DNA of 64,000 bases from Methanobacteriota archaeon (GTDB lineage Archaea; Thermoplasmatota; SW-10-69-26; JACQPN01). A program made the translations under genes and the position numbers. The stretch lies in NCBI GenBank assembly GCA_016207515.1, contig JACQPN010000005.1, forward strand, positions 12,810-76,809, read 5' to 3'. Each line of letters opens with the position of its first letter. Position 1 is the first letter of the stretch. A model generated the notes under the pieces. It was not told where the DNA came from. It saw only the letters and a program-made list of their open reading frames with translations, and made no database searches. This document shows positions 27,366-37,864 of the stretch, in pieces.

Positions 27366-27473
27366 AGTGGGATCGAGCCCAACAAGGGACGCCCGCCGAC
27401 GATGGTGCGCGTGGCCGCGGCCTCCGCCGATAGATGGGCCGGCAAAATCCAAGCCAAGGCTTTCCCAAAAACG

Positions 27474-27989
27474 TCAGATGCTGGCGGCCCATCCAAGGGC
27501 AAACGCGCAGGAGAGCACTGCCGCCGTGGAGATCAACGCCACGGGCAAAAACGGATAGGACGAGCGCCCGCCCGAAAGCAACCGACCTAGCGGGATAGAG
27601 ATTGATTTGGTCACACCATAGAATGCGACGACGAGAAGGGGCGACAGGAGCGATGCGGTGGCCGCCATCGCGAACACGTCTGCCGGGGCGACCTTGAACA
27701 ATACGCCGATCTTTTCCCACGATAGGATGGAAAGGGCCGCGATGAGTCCCCATTTTGCCATAAAGACGGTGTCCGCGACGAATCCGGTCCGATTCAGGTC
27801 CAAGAGGACAAACGCCACAAGGATCGCTCCCCAAACTTCCACGAATTCGCTCTGCGCCGACATGTGCTTCAGGTCGCTCCAAGCGGCGACGGTGAGCGTG
27901 CCCAGGAGGAAGAACAAGCCGTATACTTGGAATTGGCCGAGCTGGAACCGTAGGAGTTCCTGGACGAGGTCGATCGCCACGAGCGGCAA
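27474..27989 (-). CDS. polytopic membrane protein (degenerate A24 prepilin-peptidase-like?)
   Basis: 5-6 TM helices. AAWSDLKHM resembles the first Asp motif of A24 peptidases, but the second GxGDxK motif is absent. Confidence 0.3.
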   Translation of the reverse strand: MPLVAIDLVQELLRFQLGQFQVYGLFFLLGTLTVAAWSDLKHMSAQSEFVEVWGAILVAFVLLDLNRTGFVADTVFMAKWGLIAALSILSWEKIGVLFKVAPADVFAMAATASLLSPLLVVAFYGVTKSISIPLGRLLSGGRSSYPFLPVALISTAAVLSCAFALGWAASI

Positions 27990-28135
27990 GCGGCGTCGCT
28001 GCCCTTTAATGCTCTCTTGTGCCGCCCACCGAGCCCTAATCAGGGTTCAAGTAGGCCCACAACGGGCCGTTTCCGCCTTTTTGGCGACTGTGGTTCGCAA
28101 AACCGGCCAAGCTCGACCAATCCCTAGAGCGCCAG

Positions 28136-29296
28136 TTACGCAGGAACATCCTCCCAATGCCACATTCGTAATTCACCCCACTGGACCGTTAGAAAGGGAC
28201 GTACGATTCCCGGAGTCAGATGCGAATCCCTTCGAACCTCGGTCAGGCTCGGGAACGATTCCATCTCCCATGAGGCACCGTATTGGCCGGCGACGGACGA
28301 CCCCTCGCTCGGAATGAATACGCTCGCCCACACCGCTCCCGTTTCGTTTGTCGCGAGTGAGTGATAGGGGATGGCGCTTCCGAACGCCGGCGATGGAATC
28401 ACATCGAATTCCCAAATCGGACCGGTTTTCATGGCGTGTATTAGGGCGCGTTGGCCCGAGCTGTTGCTGACGGGAGTCCCATCGAACGCGAGGTGGATTA
28501 GGTCGCCGACGCCCATTGTGATGGAGCACCTGCGAGAATGGAACGGTCGCACCAAAACGATTTCCTCATTCCAAAGCGAGCCTGGGTGTCCCCATCGGTG
28601 AATGACTCCGCGATGATCAACGTAACAGACATGCAGATGGTCGTTCTCGCCAGAGGAAAAATCCGGGAACGAAGTGGAGAGTCCCACTGGTTCGGCGTGC
28701 CACGCTCCGTCCAGTCGGCTCAGGATTTCCCAAGTTCCCCGAATCCCCAAGACATGGGGCGTCCCATCAGGCGTAACCTCGACGGCTTCCGGTTTGAAGC
28801 GCAGGGGCAATAGATCGACCGCCAACTCCTCGGTCACCCAATTCCCCTCTGTCGATTTCGTCGAGTAGTACACGAATGACGTGGGTGGGAGAATTGGGCT
28901 GAGAATCTCATAGTATGCCCAGATGTGGGGCACTCCCTGAGGACCAAGAGCGATGAAAAGGTTGGGATTGATGGGGTTCGAAGGTAACCTCATGACTTCT
29001 TCGAATGGCGCACCGTCGAGAGGGTCCGCGGAGAACATGATTCGATGAGTATTGTCGTCGTTGTAATCGTGAAATACGACGGCAGGCCTTGATCTATTCC
29101 AGGTAGCCGCCGCTACATCGAAAACGTAAACGCCTTCCGCATTGAATGGGGGGTAGAAGGTCGTCAAGATCCATTCCCCGGGCTCGGAGCTACCGGGCTG
29201 GGGCGATCCTGCGCCTGTGACGGGCCCGAAGATGGCGGTTGAAACCAGCGCGATGGCTACAACCACGATGATTGCGGGTGGCCCCCTGCCCAGCAT
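28136..29296 (-). CDS. secreted hypothetical protein (beta-propeller-like)
   Basis: N-terminal signal/TM (PPAIIVVVAIALVSTAIFGP). W/G/H-rich beta-strand repeats. Confidence 0.4.
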   Translation of the reverse strand: MLGRGPPAIIVVVAIALVSTAIFGPVTGAGSPQPGSSEPGEWILTTFYPPFNAEGVYVFDVAAATWNRSRPAVVFHDYNDDNTHRIMFSADPLDGAPFEEVMRLPSNPINPNLFIALGPQGVPHIWAYYEILSPILPPTSFVYYSTKSTEGNWVTEELAVDLLPLRFKPEAVEVTPDGTPHVLGIRGTWEILSRLDGAWHAEPVGLSTSFPDFSSGENDHLHVCYVDHRGVIHRWGHPGSLWNEEIVLVRPFHSRRCSITMGVGDLIHLAFDGTPVSNSSGQRALIHAMKTGPIWEFDVIPSPAFGSAIPYHSLATNETGAVWASVFIPSEGSSVAGQYGASWEMESFPSLTEVRRDSHLTPGIVRPFLTVQWGELRMWHWEDVPA

Positions 29297-29412
29297 ACCG
29301 CACCAATTCCTTCCAATCCTTATAATGACTCTGGGAAACGCCTATGCGTATTGCCCCCGAGGCGGCGTTTTTTACGATGCCTGAACCTTGGGGGAAGAGC
29401 GCGACAGGAGCT

Positions 29413-30570
29413 TCAAAGTTCTTTCCGTGCCTGGGCCGCGCCCTCTGCGAGCGACCGGAGCTTCGCGTGCGCCACGTCCCAACTTCTGGTGCGTAGTCCA
29501 CAGTCGGGGTTCGCGAGGACGCGCTCTTTTCCGAGCAGTTTCGCCGCGTAGATTATCCGGTCACGCACAAGTTCAGGCTTCTCCACGTCGTCGCGATGGA
29601 CGTCAAGGACGCCAAGGCCGATGTCCGCCTTGTCGCCGTGCTGTTTCATAAGCTCGATGAACTCGTACCCCCAACGGACGTCCTTGGTCGTGCCCGCCTT
29701 CCACGAGTCGCGGTTGCCGAACTCCATCGCGTACTCGCTGCAGTCCTTGAGGTCGAGTATCGCCGGGTAGAGCGCCTTGTAATCGCTGAAGCAAAGGTGC
29801 AGGCTGAACCGGCACCCCGCGATCCCCTTCGTCGACTCGTTGAAGGACTCGACGAATATGGGCACTTCCTCGGGCTTCGTCGCGACCGCCGGCTCGTCGA
29901 TCTGGATGCGTGTGGCACCCGCTTTGACGAGGGCCTCGATGTTCGGGCGTATGACGTTCCTGGCGATGTCCACCGCGAATTCGCGTTTCGCCGCGTAGCG
30001 CGCCGTCGCGCTCGTCGTCCCGGTGGCACCCGCCCTCTTCAGGTAGTACTCATTGTACGACCAGTCGGCGATGGTGAAAGCGCCCGTTATCGGGACCTTG
30101 ACGATCCCCTTCGCCTTGGCCTTCACGTACTCGAATTCGTCGTTGTGGAAGGGCGAAAGGAGCGTCGGTCGCTCGACGATGGCCGCCTTCAGGTAGTACT
30201 TGTTGTCGAAGCTTCGCACGTGGCCGAGGAACCGCAGTCCCTTGGTGGAGCGCGCGGCGTGCTCGTACATCTCGGTGCGTCGCTGTTCGCCGTCGTAGAC
30301 GATGTCGAGTCCGGCGGATTCGAGGTAACGTATCCCGAAAAGGCTCGACCACTCGGCAACCGCGTCCTTCTCCGCGTCCGTGAGCTTCGGTTTGTTGAGT
30401 AAGGCGACGAGCGGTCTTGCATCCGTGCCGGTGATCTTGGCCCAGCGTTCGCATTCGGCTATGTCGGCAGGCGTTATGGGTTTTCCCGCTGCGGCCTTGA
30501 CACGCCAATTAGGCTTCGCGAGGCTTCCGATCTCCTGCGTCGGGATACCGGGTGTCGCCATTTCAAGCAC
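29413..30570 (-). CDS. cobalamin-independent methionine synthase (MetE) C-terminal-domain homolog
   Basis: IQIDEPA, HLCFSDY and NPDCGL Zn/homocysteine-binding motifs. Confidence 0.8.
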   Translation of the reverse strand: MLEMATPGIPTQEIGSLAKPNWRVKAAAGKPITPADIAECERWAKITGTDARPLVALLNKPKLTDAEKDAVAEWSSLFGIRYLESAGLDIVYDGEQRRTEMYEHAARSTKGLRFLGHVRSFDNKYYLKAAIVERPTLLSPFHNDEFEYVKAKAKGIVKVPITGAFTIADWSYNEYYLKRAGATGTTSATARYAAKREFAVDIARNVIRPNIEALVKAGATRIQIDEPAVATKPEEVPIFVESFNESTKGIAGCRFSLHLCFSDYKALYPAILDLKDCSEYAMEFGNRDSWKAGTTKDVRWGYEFIELMKQHGDKADIGLGVLDVHRDDVEKPELVRDRIIYAAKLLGKERVLANPDCGLRTRSWDVAHAKLRSLAEGAAQARKEL

Positions 30571-31519
30571 CGCCCGCGATCTTTGCCGCCTGTCCGAGGG
30601 CAGCGACCTTCTTCGCCGCCACCGTCGCTGGAAGGAGTTCCAGGTCGGAGTTCGGTCCGATTAGGATATTCACGCCTGGGTTCGCCTGTTTGATCGTCTT
30701 CACGTGGCTTGCGATGGCCTTCGGGTCTTCGACGAGGGAATTGCGCCCGTCGACGACGCCGAGGATGAGGTGCTTGCCGGCAAACGGGCTCTTTGCGAAC
30801 TCGTGCGCCGCGTGGAGGTCTATTCCGATGTAACCGACGGGGAACTTCGCAAGTTCGGCCGCCCAGGGCGTCACGTCGCCAAAGTACGTGTGGTAGGACG
30901 AGGTGCCCCTGAAGCCTTGGAGCGCCGCCCCGATGGCCTCGCCGGTCGCCGCCACCTCACGTTTCGACGGGGCGAGCCTCACGACCGCAGGATCGTTGAA
31001 CTGGATGAACGAAGCTCCTGCCGATTGGAGGCTTTGCACTTCGGAGCGAAGCGCGTCGCCGAAGGCGAGCGCGAGTTTCTCGCGCGATCCGAAGTACTCG
31101 TCGCGCGCTAGGCCTGCGAACGTGAACGGCGAGGGAAGGATCACTCCCCATTTCTCGCCCTGTTTGAAAGCCCGGGTCTCGACGTACTTGTTGATGAAAC
31201 CGGCCTTCTTCGGCCTTAGATTCCCGGTGACCGTGGCTTGCCGGTAGAAGCAGTTGTTGTCGAAATACCGTGTGAGGGTGCCGACGCTGACCCCGTCGAG
31301 GTTCTCGGCGAAGGGACGCGTCACGTCCTGCCAGCGTAGATTCCCGTCTGTCACGAAGGCGAAGCCGGCGTCTCGCTGGATCCGCGTTACGTTATCGAAA
31401 TCCTTGGCAAACGCCGCCTCCAACTGGGCGTCGTCGATGCGCTTGCGGTCGTGGTCGCGAGTCGCTGCGACCAGTTCTTCGGATCTTGGGAACGTGCCTG
31501 TAAGAATGGCGTTGACCAT
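30563..31519 (-). CDS. MetE N-terminal-domain homolog (UroD-like barrel), partner of the upstream-overlapping gene
   Basis: Start re-assigned to MVNAILTGTFPRSEE. Overlaps the downstream MetE-C-like gene by 8 nt. This is the known archaeal split arrangement. Confidence 0.65.
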   Translation of the reverse strand: MVNAILTGTFPRSEELVAATRDHDRKRIDDAQLEAAFAKDFDNVTRIQRDAGFAFVTDGNLRWQDVTRPFAENLDGVSVGTLTRYFDNNCFYRQATVTGNLRPKKAGFINKYVETRAFKQGEKWGVILPSPFTFAGLARDEYFGSREKLALAFGDALRSEVQSLQSAGASFIQFNDPAVVRLAPSKREVAATGEAIGAALQGFRGTSSYHTYFGDVTPWAAELAKFPVGYIGIDLHAAHEFAKSPFAGKHLILGVVDGRNSLVEDPKAIASHVKTIKQANPGVNILIGPNSDLELLPATVAAKKVAALGQAAKIAGGA

Positions 31520-31785
31520 GGTGTCACACCTTGGTTTCGCGAGAGACATTTTCCTATATAATACCTGACGGTAGGAAAATGCGCCCAGCGCATACACATG
31601 AGATGCGCCTTGCCAGGCAACCGGCTTTTGGAACGGGAGCCGCGGGAAGCTTGTCCTACGCCGGCGACGCTTCGGGGACACGGGTTTGAAGAGGCCGCCT
31701 CGCCGTTCCCGCGACGGGGACGTCCACCAACGGCGCCCCGGTCGGCCAAACGACATATACGCGGCTCAGTCTAACCGTAGTTCGG

Positions 31786-32757
31786 ATGGAAACGCTGGTG
31801 GATGGTTACGGGCGCGTGGCGACGGACCTCCGGATATCGGTGACGGATCGGTGCAACTTCCGCTGCATCTACTGCCACAACGAAGGCCAAGGGCCGGTCA
31901 AGCCCGCTTCCGCGGCCCACGCGTACGAGCTCACGCCCGAGGAGATCCGCGACATCGTCGAGGTGGCCCACGGTTTTGGCGTGACCCACGTGAAGCTGTC
32001 CGGGGGCGAGCCGCTTGTTCGTAGCGACATCGCCGAGATCGTAAGACGCATCGCGCCCATGGTGGAGGTCTCGATGGTGACGAACGGCTCGATGCTGGAG
32101 TCAAGCGCCGTCGGACTCAAGGCGGCAGGCCTCACCCGCCTCAACATCTCGATGGACAGCCTCGACCCGGCGGAGTTCGCGACCATCAGGCGAGGGTCGC
32201 TGCGGCCCGTGCTCCGGGGGATCGCGCGCTCGCTCGAAGTCGGGATCCGGCCCGTGAAGGTGAACATGGTGGTCTTCAAGGGCACCGTGGAGCACGTCCC
32301 GGAGATGATCAAATACATCGGCGAGACCGAAGGCCTGAAGCTCCAACTCATCGAATTCATGCCCGAACTCGTCGGACTCGAGGAGTTGATGGTGGACATC
32401 GACGAGGTCAAGGAGGAGCTCGAACGACGGGCGGATCGCGTCGAGATACGCGCAATGCACCACCGCCGCATCTACCACATCGGCGGCGCCGAGGTGGAGG
32501 TGGTCGACCCCGTGGAGAACGAGGAGTTCTGTTTCAATTGCAGGAGGCTTCGCGTGACGGCGGACGGCCACCTCAAGGGTTGTCTCAACCGCAACGATGA
32601 CCTCGTGCCGCTACGTGGGTTGGACCGCGTCGGCATCGCGGATGCGTTCCGACGGGTCGTCGCGAACCGCATCCCGTATTATGGGGCCTACCTGAAAGCA
32701 CCATACCAGAACGTGCGGCACCCGGTGAAGAAGCAATTCGTCTCCATCCCCCGATAG
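31786..32757 (+). CDS. moaA: GTP 3',8-cyclase MoaA (radical SAM)
   Basis: CNFRCIYCHNEG (CxxxCxxC). The second cluster cysteines CFNCRRLRV...GHLKGCL lie at the C-terminus. Confidence 0.9.
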   Translation: METLVDGYGRVATDLRISVTDRCNFRCIYCHNEGQGPVKPASAAHAYELTPEEIRDIVEVAHGFGVTHVKLSGGEPLVRSDIAEIVRRIAPMVEVSMVTNGSMLESSAVGLKAAGLTRLNISMDSLDPAEFATIRRGSLRPVLRGIARSLEVGIRPVKVNMVVFKGTVEHVPEMIKYIGETEGLKLQLIEFMPELVGLEELMVDIDEVKEELERRADRVEIRAMHHRRIYHIGGAEVEVVDPVENEEFCFNCRRLRVTADGHLKGCLNRNDDLVPLRGLDRVGIADAFRRVVANRIPYYGAYLKAPYQNVRHPVKKQFVSIPR

Positions 32758-32929
32758 CCCCCCCGTGCTGGACAGGCGCAATGGCGCCTGAGGATTGGAA
32801 TCTTGGGCAAAAGACCTTGGGACCGACGGGTTCGACGATAGGCCCTCGGCGCGCCGGGGAGGCGTCAAGACCCATAGTTTCGTGGCGTAACCGACTTATA
32901 TGACCTATGCCTCCTAACTAGGTGGTAAC

Positions 32930-33283
32930 ATGGAAGCGAAGACCGAACTCAAGACCCACGTCGACCTGAACATCACCCCGAAGGCGTCGGAAGAGCTCAA
33001 GAAGCTCATGACCGCCCAAGGCAAGGCCGATCAGGCGCTACGAGTAAGTGTGCTTCCCGGCGGCTGTTCGGGCTTCCAGTATGGCCTTTCCTTCGCGGCC
33101 GCCCCAAGCGATGGTGAGGTGGTCATCGAGCAAGCGGGCGTCAAGCTCATAGTCCATGAGCAGGACGTCGAAATCCTGAACGGGATCAAGCTCGATTACA
33201 TCGACACCCTCATGGGCGGCGGCTTCAAGATCTCCAACCCGAACGCGACGGAAAGTTGCGGCTGCGGGAAGTCGTTCCGCTAG
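32930..33283 (+). CDS. A-type Fe-S carrier (HesB/IscA/ErpA family)
   Basis: GGCSGFQYGLSF and C-terminal ESCGCGKSF conserved cysteines. Confidence 0.85.
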   Translation: MEAKTELKTHVDLNITPKASEELKKLMTAQGKADQALRVSVLPGGCSGFQYGLSFAAAPSDGEVVIEQAGVKLIVHEQDVEILNGIKLDYIDTLMGGGFKISNPNATESCGCGKSFR

Positions 33284-33465
33284 TCGACCATCGCGTCGCC
33301 GGTTCTCGCCCGCCCACCTCCAAGACACGCGCATCAATCCCGTGCTGGCTTACGTCATCCGTTGGCCTCCCAAGTGTCGGTTTTCTACTGGAAGGCTAAA
33401 CCTTGCCGCCCTGATTGGAGAAGTATCTATTAATATCGCATCGCACTCGCAAGGTCAGGGCCCGC

Positions 33466-33873
33466 ATGTCAGAGATAATCGAGAAGCACCTTGCCAGCGC
33501 CTTGAACCACGAGATACTCGTGGTCATGAGCGACGACCGATCCTTCAAAGGGACGCTCATGGAGTTCGACAACGACTGGATCGTGCTCCACGACGTGACC
33601 GAGGGCTCCAGCCAGAACCTTCGCGGCTGGGAGGAACCAGCGATCTCCGCCGGGGTCATTGAGAAGTACATCACGTGGAAGGGTATCATCAGCGAAGAAA
33701 AGGACAAGACGAAGATCTATCGCCTGCGGGACGTGCTGCTCCACATGGACGGCATCCTCCGAGTGTGGCTTCTCAAACCGGAGCTTCTCGGGAAACCGGA
33801 GCACGTCCACATCGAATCGGGAAGCAACGCGCCGTCGATGGACGACCGGCAAAGGCCACGGGTAGCGAAGTAG
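33466..33873 (+). CDS. Sm-like (LSm) archaeal protein with C-terminal extension
   Basis: Start re-assigned to MSEIIEK. Sm1/Sm2 region ILVVMSDDRSFKGTLMEFDNDWIVLHDV. TATA-like gtatctattaatatc about 25 nt upstream. Confidence 0.6.
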   Translation: MSEIIEKHLASALNHEILVVMSDDRSFKGTLMEFDNDWIVLHDVTEGSSQNLRGWEEPAISAGVIEKYITWKGIISEEKDKTKIYRLRDVLLHMDGILRVWLLKPELLGKPEHVHIESGSNAPSMDDRQRPRVAK

Positions 33874-33883
33874 GCGAAAAGAA

Positions 33884-34588
33884 ATGGCCGGTCGATTGAA
33901 GGTCCTCGTCGACACGAAACGCCGCGGCAGCGAGAACATGGCCATCGACGAGGCCAACCTCGCTCGAGGCGAGGCTCTGCTGCGGCTTTACGCGTGGGAA
34001 CCGGCGTGCGTCTCCCTCGGTTACGCCCAACCCGAATCGAGCCTCGACCACGGGGCCGTCGAACGGTTCGGCTTCGACGTGGTGCGCCGCTCCACCGGGG
34101 GAGGCGCGATCCTCCACAATGAGACGGAGGTCACCTACAGCATCGTCGTCCCTCACGGTTTTCCGGGGCTTCCAAGCGGCCTTCAGGACTCGTTCAAATT
34201 CCTATCGTCCGGCGTCTTCAAGGCGTTTGAGACCATCGGCCTCGAACCGACTTACCTTACGGGAGAGGGCGGCAAGGACGTCTGTTGTTACATGCGCTCG
34301 CAAGGCGTCTACATCGCCGTCGGCGGGCGGAAGATCTCGGGGGGCGCGCAACGCCGGACGCAGGACGGGATCCTCCAGCACGGCACCGTGATAATCGATC
34401 GCGACGAGGACCGGATGGCCGCCGTTTTCCGGGAAGACGTCGGGAAGATCCGCGAAAAGGTCACGAGCCTCAAGGAAGAGGGCGTCGAGCTCGACAGGCA
34501 CCGGCTCCAAGTGGCGGTCTTTCGGGGCTACGAGGCGGCGCTCGGCGTAGACCTCGAATTGTCGAAGGCACCGATCGCCTTCGCCTGA
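33884..34588 (+). CDS. lipoate/octanoate-protein ligase family protein (BPL/LPL catalytic domain)
   Basis: RRSTGGGAILHN and GRKISGGAQRRT motifs of LplA/LipB-type enzymes. Confidence 0.75.
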   Translation: MAGRLKVLVDTKRRGSENMAIDEANLARGEALLRLYAWEPACVSLGYAQPESSLDHGAVERFGFDVVRRSTGGGAILHNETEVTYSIVVPHGFPGLPSGLQDSFKFLSSGVFKAFETIGLEPTYLTGEGGKDVCCYMRSQGVYIAVGGRKISGGAQRRTQDGILQHGTVIIDRDEDRMAAVFREDVGKIREKVTSLKEEGVELDRHRLQVAVFRGYEAALGVDLELSKAPIAFA

Positions 34589-34664
34589 CGCCCCGGAATC
34601 GCGAAACTTTATGAACATGCAAGCTCCGTGGCGAAGCGTGTATCGGGGATTGCCACGCGGCAAC

Positions 34665-36146
34665 ATGGACGTCGGCGTCATCTTCATCGGTGTCCTGCTC
34701 TTGGCCGGGTGCACGTCGAACGAGGATCCGGCCGACCCTTCGACGCCGAGTCTACCAAATACCCTCACTTTCCAAACGCCGCTGCGCCTCCCCTCCGCGC
34801 ACGTCTCCGCGGAACCGAACGTCATCGTGGGCTCCGACGGGATCTACGTCATTGGGGTCGGAAGCCTCGTGAAGAACCCGAACGTCGAGGAATCCCAAGC
34901 TCCTCTTTGGGTATCGCGCGACAACGGCGTCACATACGCGGCCCTGAAAACCGTCGAAGGCGGCGACCCGAACTCGACATACTGTTCATGCGACGCGGAC
35001 GTGGCCCAAGGACCGGACGGCGTCGTATACGTCACGGACTTCTGGGTGACGCGCTACACTGGGCCGGCGCTTCCCGACGACCCTACGGGCCTCTTCGGGA
35101 CCCCTACGGGCTTCGTCGTCCAAGCGAGCACCGACGGCGGCCGGACGTTCGGAGCAGGGAACTTCCTCGTCCAGACGGATGTCCGAGGCAATGACCGCCA
35201 GTACCTCACGGCGGGGGACACTGCGGGAGAATTGTTCCTCACTTACGCCCGCGGCGCAGACCTCGGCACCGCCGATCGCGATTCGCCCGACAACGGCCTC
35301 TTCATCCTTCGAAGCACCGATGCAGGAAGGACATTCGGCGCGCCCATAAGGGCATGGACGCCTCCGGATGACGGCACGCGCTTCGCCTTCATCGCCAAGC
35401 ACAGGATAGACGCTGACGGCACGGTCTTCTTCCCTTATGTTGAGTATCGGGCGAGCGACCCGTGGAACGGCACCGCGACGGGATTCGTCGCCGTCTCAAA
35501 GGACGAAGGCGCCACTTTCACACCTCGGAAGATCGCCGACATCCAAAACGGCGTCGGCGGCCTTTGGCCCATGCAGGCGGCATTAGACGGGGCGGGCAGG
35601 ATCTACGCCACGTACATGGAGCGGGGCCCGAGCGGCATCGGCTCACGCCTGTACCTGGCCTGGAGTTCCGACGAGGGCGCCACTTTCTCGAAGCCAATCG
35701 CCGTGACGCCGGAGACCCAGACGGCGGTCCTTCCTTGGATCGACGTAAGCTCGGGCGGCCGTGTCGCCATCGGATATTATGGAGCCGAGGGGCGCCACTA
35801 CGCCTTCGATGCGCCGGACGAAACGAAATGGTCCGCCTATGCCGTCATCGTCGACAATGCGACAGGCACGCCGGATATCACCCCACCGATACCTGCCAGT
35901 CCATGGCCCGTGAAGGTCGGCCGATTCTGTCCGATGGGAGCCGCGTGTCCTCGCGATCGGGAGCTTCTCGACTACCCGGGGATCGCGATCACCCGGGATG
36001 GTGGCTGGGTCCACCTCGTGTTCGCCTCGTCCATCCTCGACGCTGGTGCGGGGCCTCAGGCCGCCGCCGGCTCGACCCGGGGCACGGTGACCGGTGGCCA
36101 CGATACCGCGGCCTTCCTCTATGCGTCCCGTCTCCAGCTACGCTGA
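34665..36146 (+). CDS. secreted BNR/Asp-box repeat lipoprotein (sialidase-like beta-propeller)
   Basis: Start re-assigned to MDVGVIFIGVLLLAGC. Four S-x-D-x-G-x-T-F Asp-boxes (STDGGRTF, STDAGRTF, SKDEGATF, SSDEGATF). Confidence 0.6.
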   Translation: MDVGVIFIGVLLLAGCTSNEDPADPSTPSLPNTLTFQTPLRLPSAHVSAEPNVIVGSDGIYVIGVGSLVKNPNVEESQAPLWVSRDNGVTYAALKTVEGGDPNSTYCSCDADVAQGPDGVVYVTDFWVTRYTGPALPDDPTGLFGTPTGFVVQASTDGGRTFGAGNFLVQTDVRGNDRQYLTAGDTAGELFLTYARGADLGTADRDSPDNGLFILRSTDAGRTFGAPIRAWTPPDDGTRFAFIAKHRIDADGTVFFPYVEYRASDPWNGTATGFVAVSKDEGATFTPRKIADIQNGVGGLWPMQAALDGAGRIYATYMERGPSGIGSRLYLAWSSDEGATFSKPIAVTPETQTAVLPWIDVSSGGRVAIGYYGAEGRHYAFDAPDETKWSAYAVIVDNATGTPDITPPIPASPWPVKVGRFCPMGAACPRDRELLDYPGIAITRDGGWVHLVFASSILDAGAGPQAAAGSTRGTVTGGHDTAAFLYASRLQLR

Positions 36147-36221
36147 ACAACGGAACAGGAAAGGAAAAGGTTCGCCCGTCGAACGGGCCCCATGTGAAGG
36201 AACGCCAGGGTCGTGCCCCGT

Positions 36222-36536
36222 CTAGGGCCCGCCCACCTCGCCGCACTTCACCGCGATCTCGTATTTCACCGGCGTTATCGATTCCCCTAGCCCCGCCTTG
36301 TTGATCTCGTCAAGCGTCCATTTGCCGGCCCGCTGGAAGTCCTCTGCGGTGTTGTACTCGGAGATGTAAAGGAGCGAACTCGTCTGCGGGTGGTACGGGC
36401 CCCCGAGGACCTTCCCGTGGTTCGCCGTCGTTCCCTTTCGCACGATCTCATCGAGTTTCGGCACGATCTTCTCTTCCTCTGCGTTCAGATCCACGAACCA
36501 GTGCACCGACATGGGAATCACCCGTGAAGCGAGCAA
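36222..36536 (-). CDS. hypothetical small protein
   Basis: Track ORF only. Confidence 0.3.
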   Translation of the reverse strand: MLASRVIPMSVHWFVDLNAEEEKIVPKLDEIVRKGTTANHGKVLGGPYHPQTSSLLYISEYNTAEDFQRAGKWTLDEINKAGLGESITPVKYEIAVKCGEVGGP

Positions 36537-36769
36537 TGCGTCGGTATTCCCGTCTTTGGCGTGAAAGGCCCGCTCTTTTCGGCATGCGTCGATTCTTTGG
36601 CTTGTCCATCACTAGAAGCGGAAAGGCGCGGTGGACGTTCAAGGTACGCGTCCCTCGCGCCCGGATGGGGGGATCCCCATGGCGCATCATCGCATCGTGT
36701 CTTACGTGGCCACTCCGCCATGTGGCCCCTTTGGCGGTTGTTCCCTCCTGTCGAGCACTACTTGCCACT

Positions 36770-37864
36770 TCAAATCGCGGGTTGCTGCTGCGTCACGCAG
36801 TGGATCGCGCCGAAACCAAATACGAGGTCCCTGCAATCTATGGGGACGATCCGACGGTCGGGAAAAAGCGTCCCCACGATGGACTCCGCCTTGTGGTCGT
36901 TGGCGTGACCAAAGACCGGGAGCAATACGACGCCGTTCGCGATGTAGAAATTCGCGTAGCTTGCCGGAAGACGCCCCTCATCGTCGCCGTGCCAACCGGG
37001 CATCGGGAGTTCCACCACGCGTAGCCTCCTCCCGTCTTGATCGCTCATCGCCCTCAGGCGTTTGAGGTTCTCGGCAAGCGGACGGTGATTGGCGTCTTCC
37101 TCATCGGGCTCCGAGGCCGCGAGGACGGTGTTAGGGTCTACAAAACGAGCTATGTCGTCGATGTGCCCGTCCGTATCGTCGCCTTCGATCCCGTCCGAGA
37201 GCCAGAGGATGTTCGAAACGCCTAGGAAAGCGCGGAGGTATCCCTCGATCTCGCCGCTCCCGAGGGTCGGGTTGCGGTTCTTGTTGAGAAGGCACTGTTC
37301 CGTCGTGAGCAGCGTCCCCTCGCCGTTCACGTCGATGCTTCCCCCCTCGAGGACGATGCCGGGCTCGAAAAGCTCCGCCTCGCCTATCGTCGCCTTCAGA
37401 CGTTTTGGGATGTCGTCGTCGCGCTTCAATTCCTCGTACTTGTCGCCCCAGGCGTTGAAGATCCAATCCGTGTAACATGCCTCGCGCCTTCCTTGCCCCT
37501 CTCGTGTGAGGAAAATGGGCCCGTAATCGCGGATCCAGGAATCGGCGGTGCCGATGTCGTGGATGCGGACGTTCTTCACCGCATCCTTCTTGAGCCACGA
37601 GGCGACTTTTTCGTGCGTCGTCGAATCGTGGACCAGGAGATCCACCCGCTCGTTTGGAGAAAGCGCCTTGATCATCTGTTGAAACACCTTCTCCACTTGC
37701 GGGACGCGCTCAGGCCACGTGACGGGATCGTGCGGCCACGACAACCACGTGGCCTCATGTGGTCCCCACTCGGCCGGCATCGAGAATCCGAGGGAGGCGG
37801 GCGTCTGCGGGGCACCAACGGATCCTTGTATTGACCGTTTCCCGCCCGACGGTCGCCTACTCAT
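36770..37864 (-). CDS. aguA: agmatine deiminase (peptidyl-arginine deiminase family)
   Basis: MPAEWGPHEATWLSWPH, IRDYGPIF, GHIDD and the C-terminal catalytic GAIHCVTQQ Cys. The true start is probably the internal Met at about 37780. Confidence 0.8.
   Translation of the reverse strand: MSRRPSGGKRSIQGSVGAPQTPASLGFSMPAEWGPHEATWLSWPHDPVTWPERVPQVEKVFQQMIKALSPNERVDLLVHDSTTHEKVASWLKKDAVKNVRIHDIGTADSWIRDYGPIFLTREGQGRREACYTDWIFNAWGDKYEELKRDDDIPKRLKATIGEAELFEPGIVLEGGSIDVNGEGTLLTTEQCLLNKNRNPTLGSGEIEGYLRAFLGVSNILWLSDGIEGDDTDGHIDDIARFVDPNTVLAASEPDEEDANHRPLAENLKRLRAMSDQDGRRLRVVELPMPGWHGDDEGRLPASYANFYIANGVVLLPVFGHANDHKAESIVGTLFPDRRIVPIDCRDLVFGFGAIHCVTQQQPAI

Noticed and set aside
27474-27989. A24 prepilin/preflagellin peptidase (FlaK/PibD)
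   Set aside because: Only a weak match to the first Asp motif (SDLK). The R-x-I-P continuation and the second GxGDxK catalytic motif are absent. Kept as a generic membrane protein.
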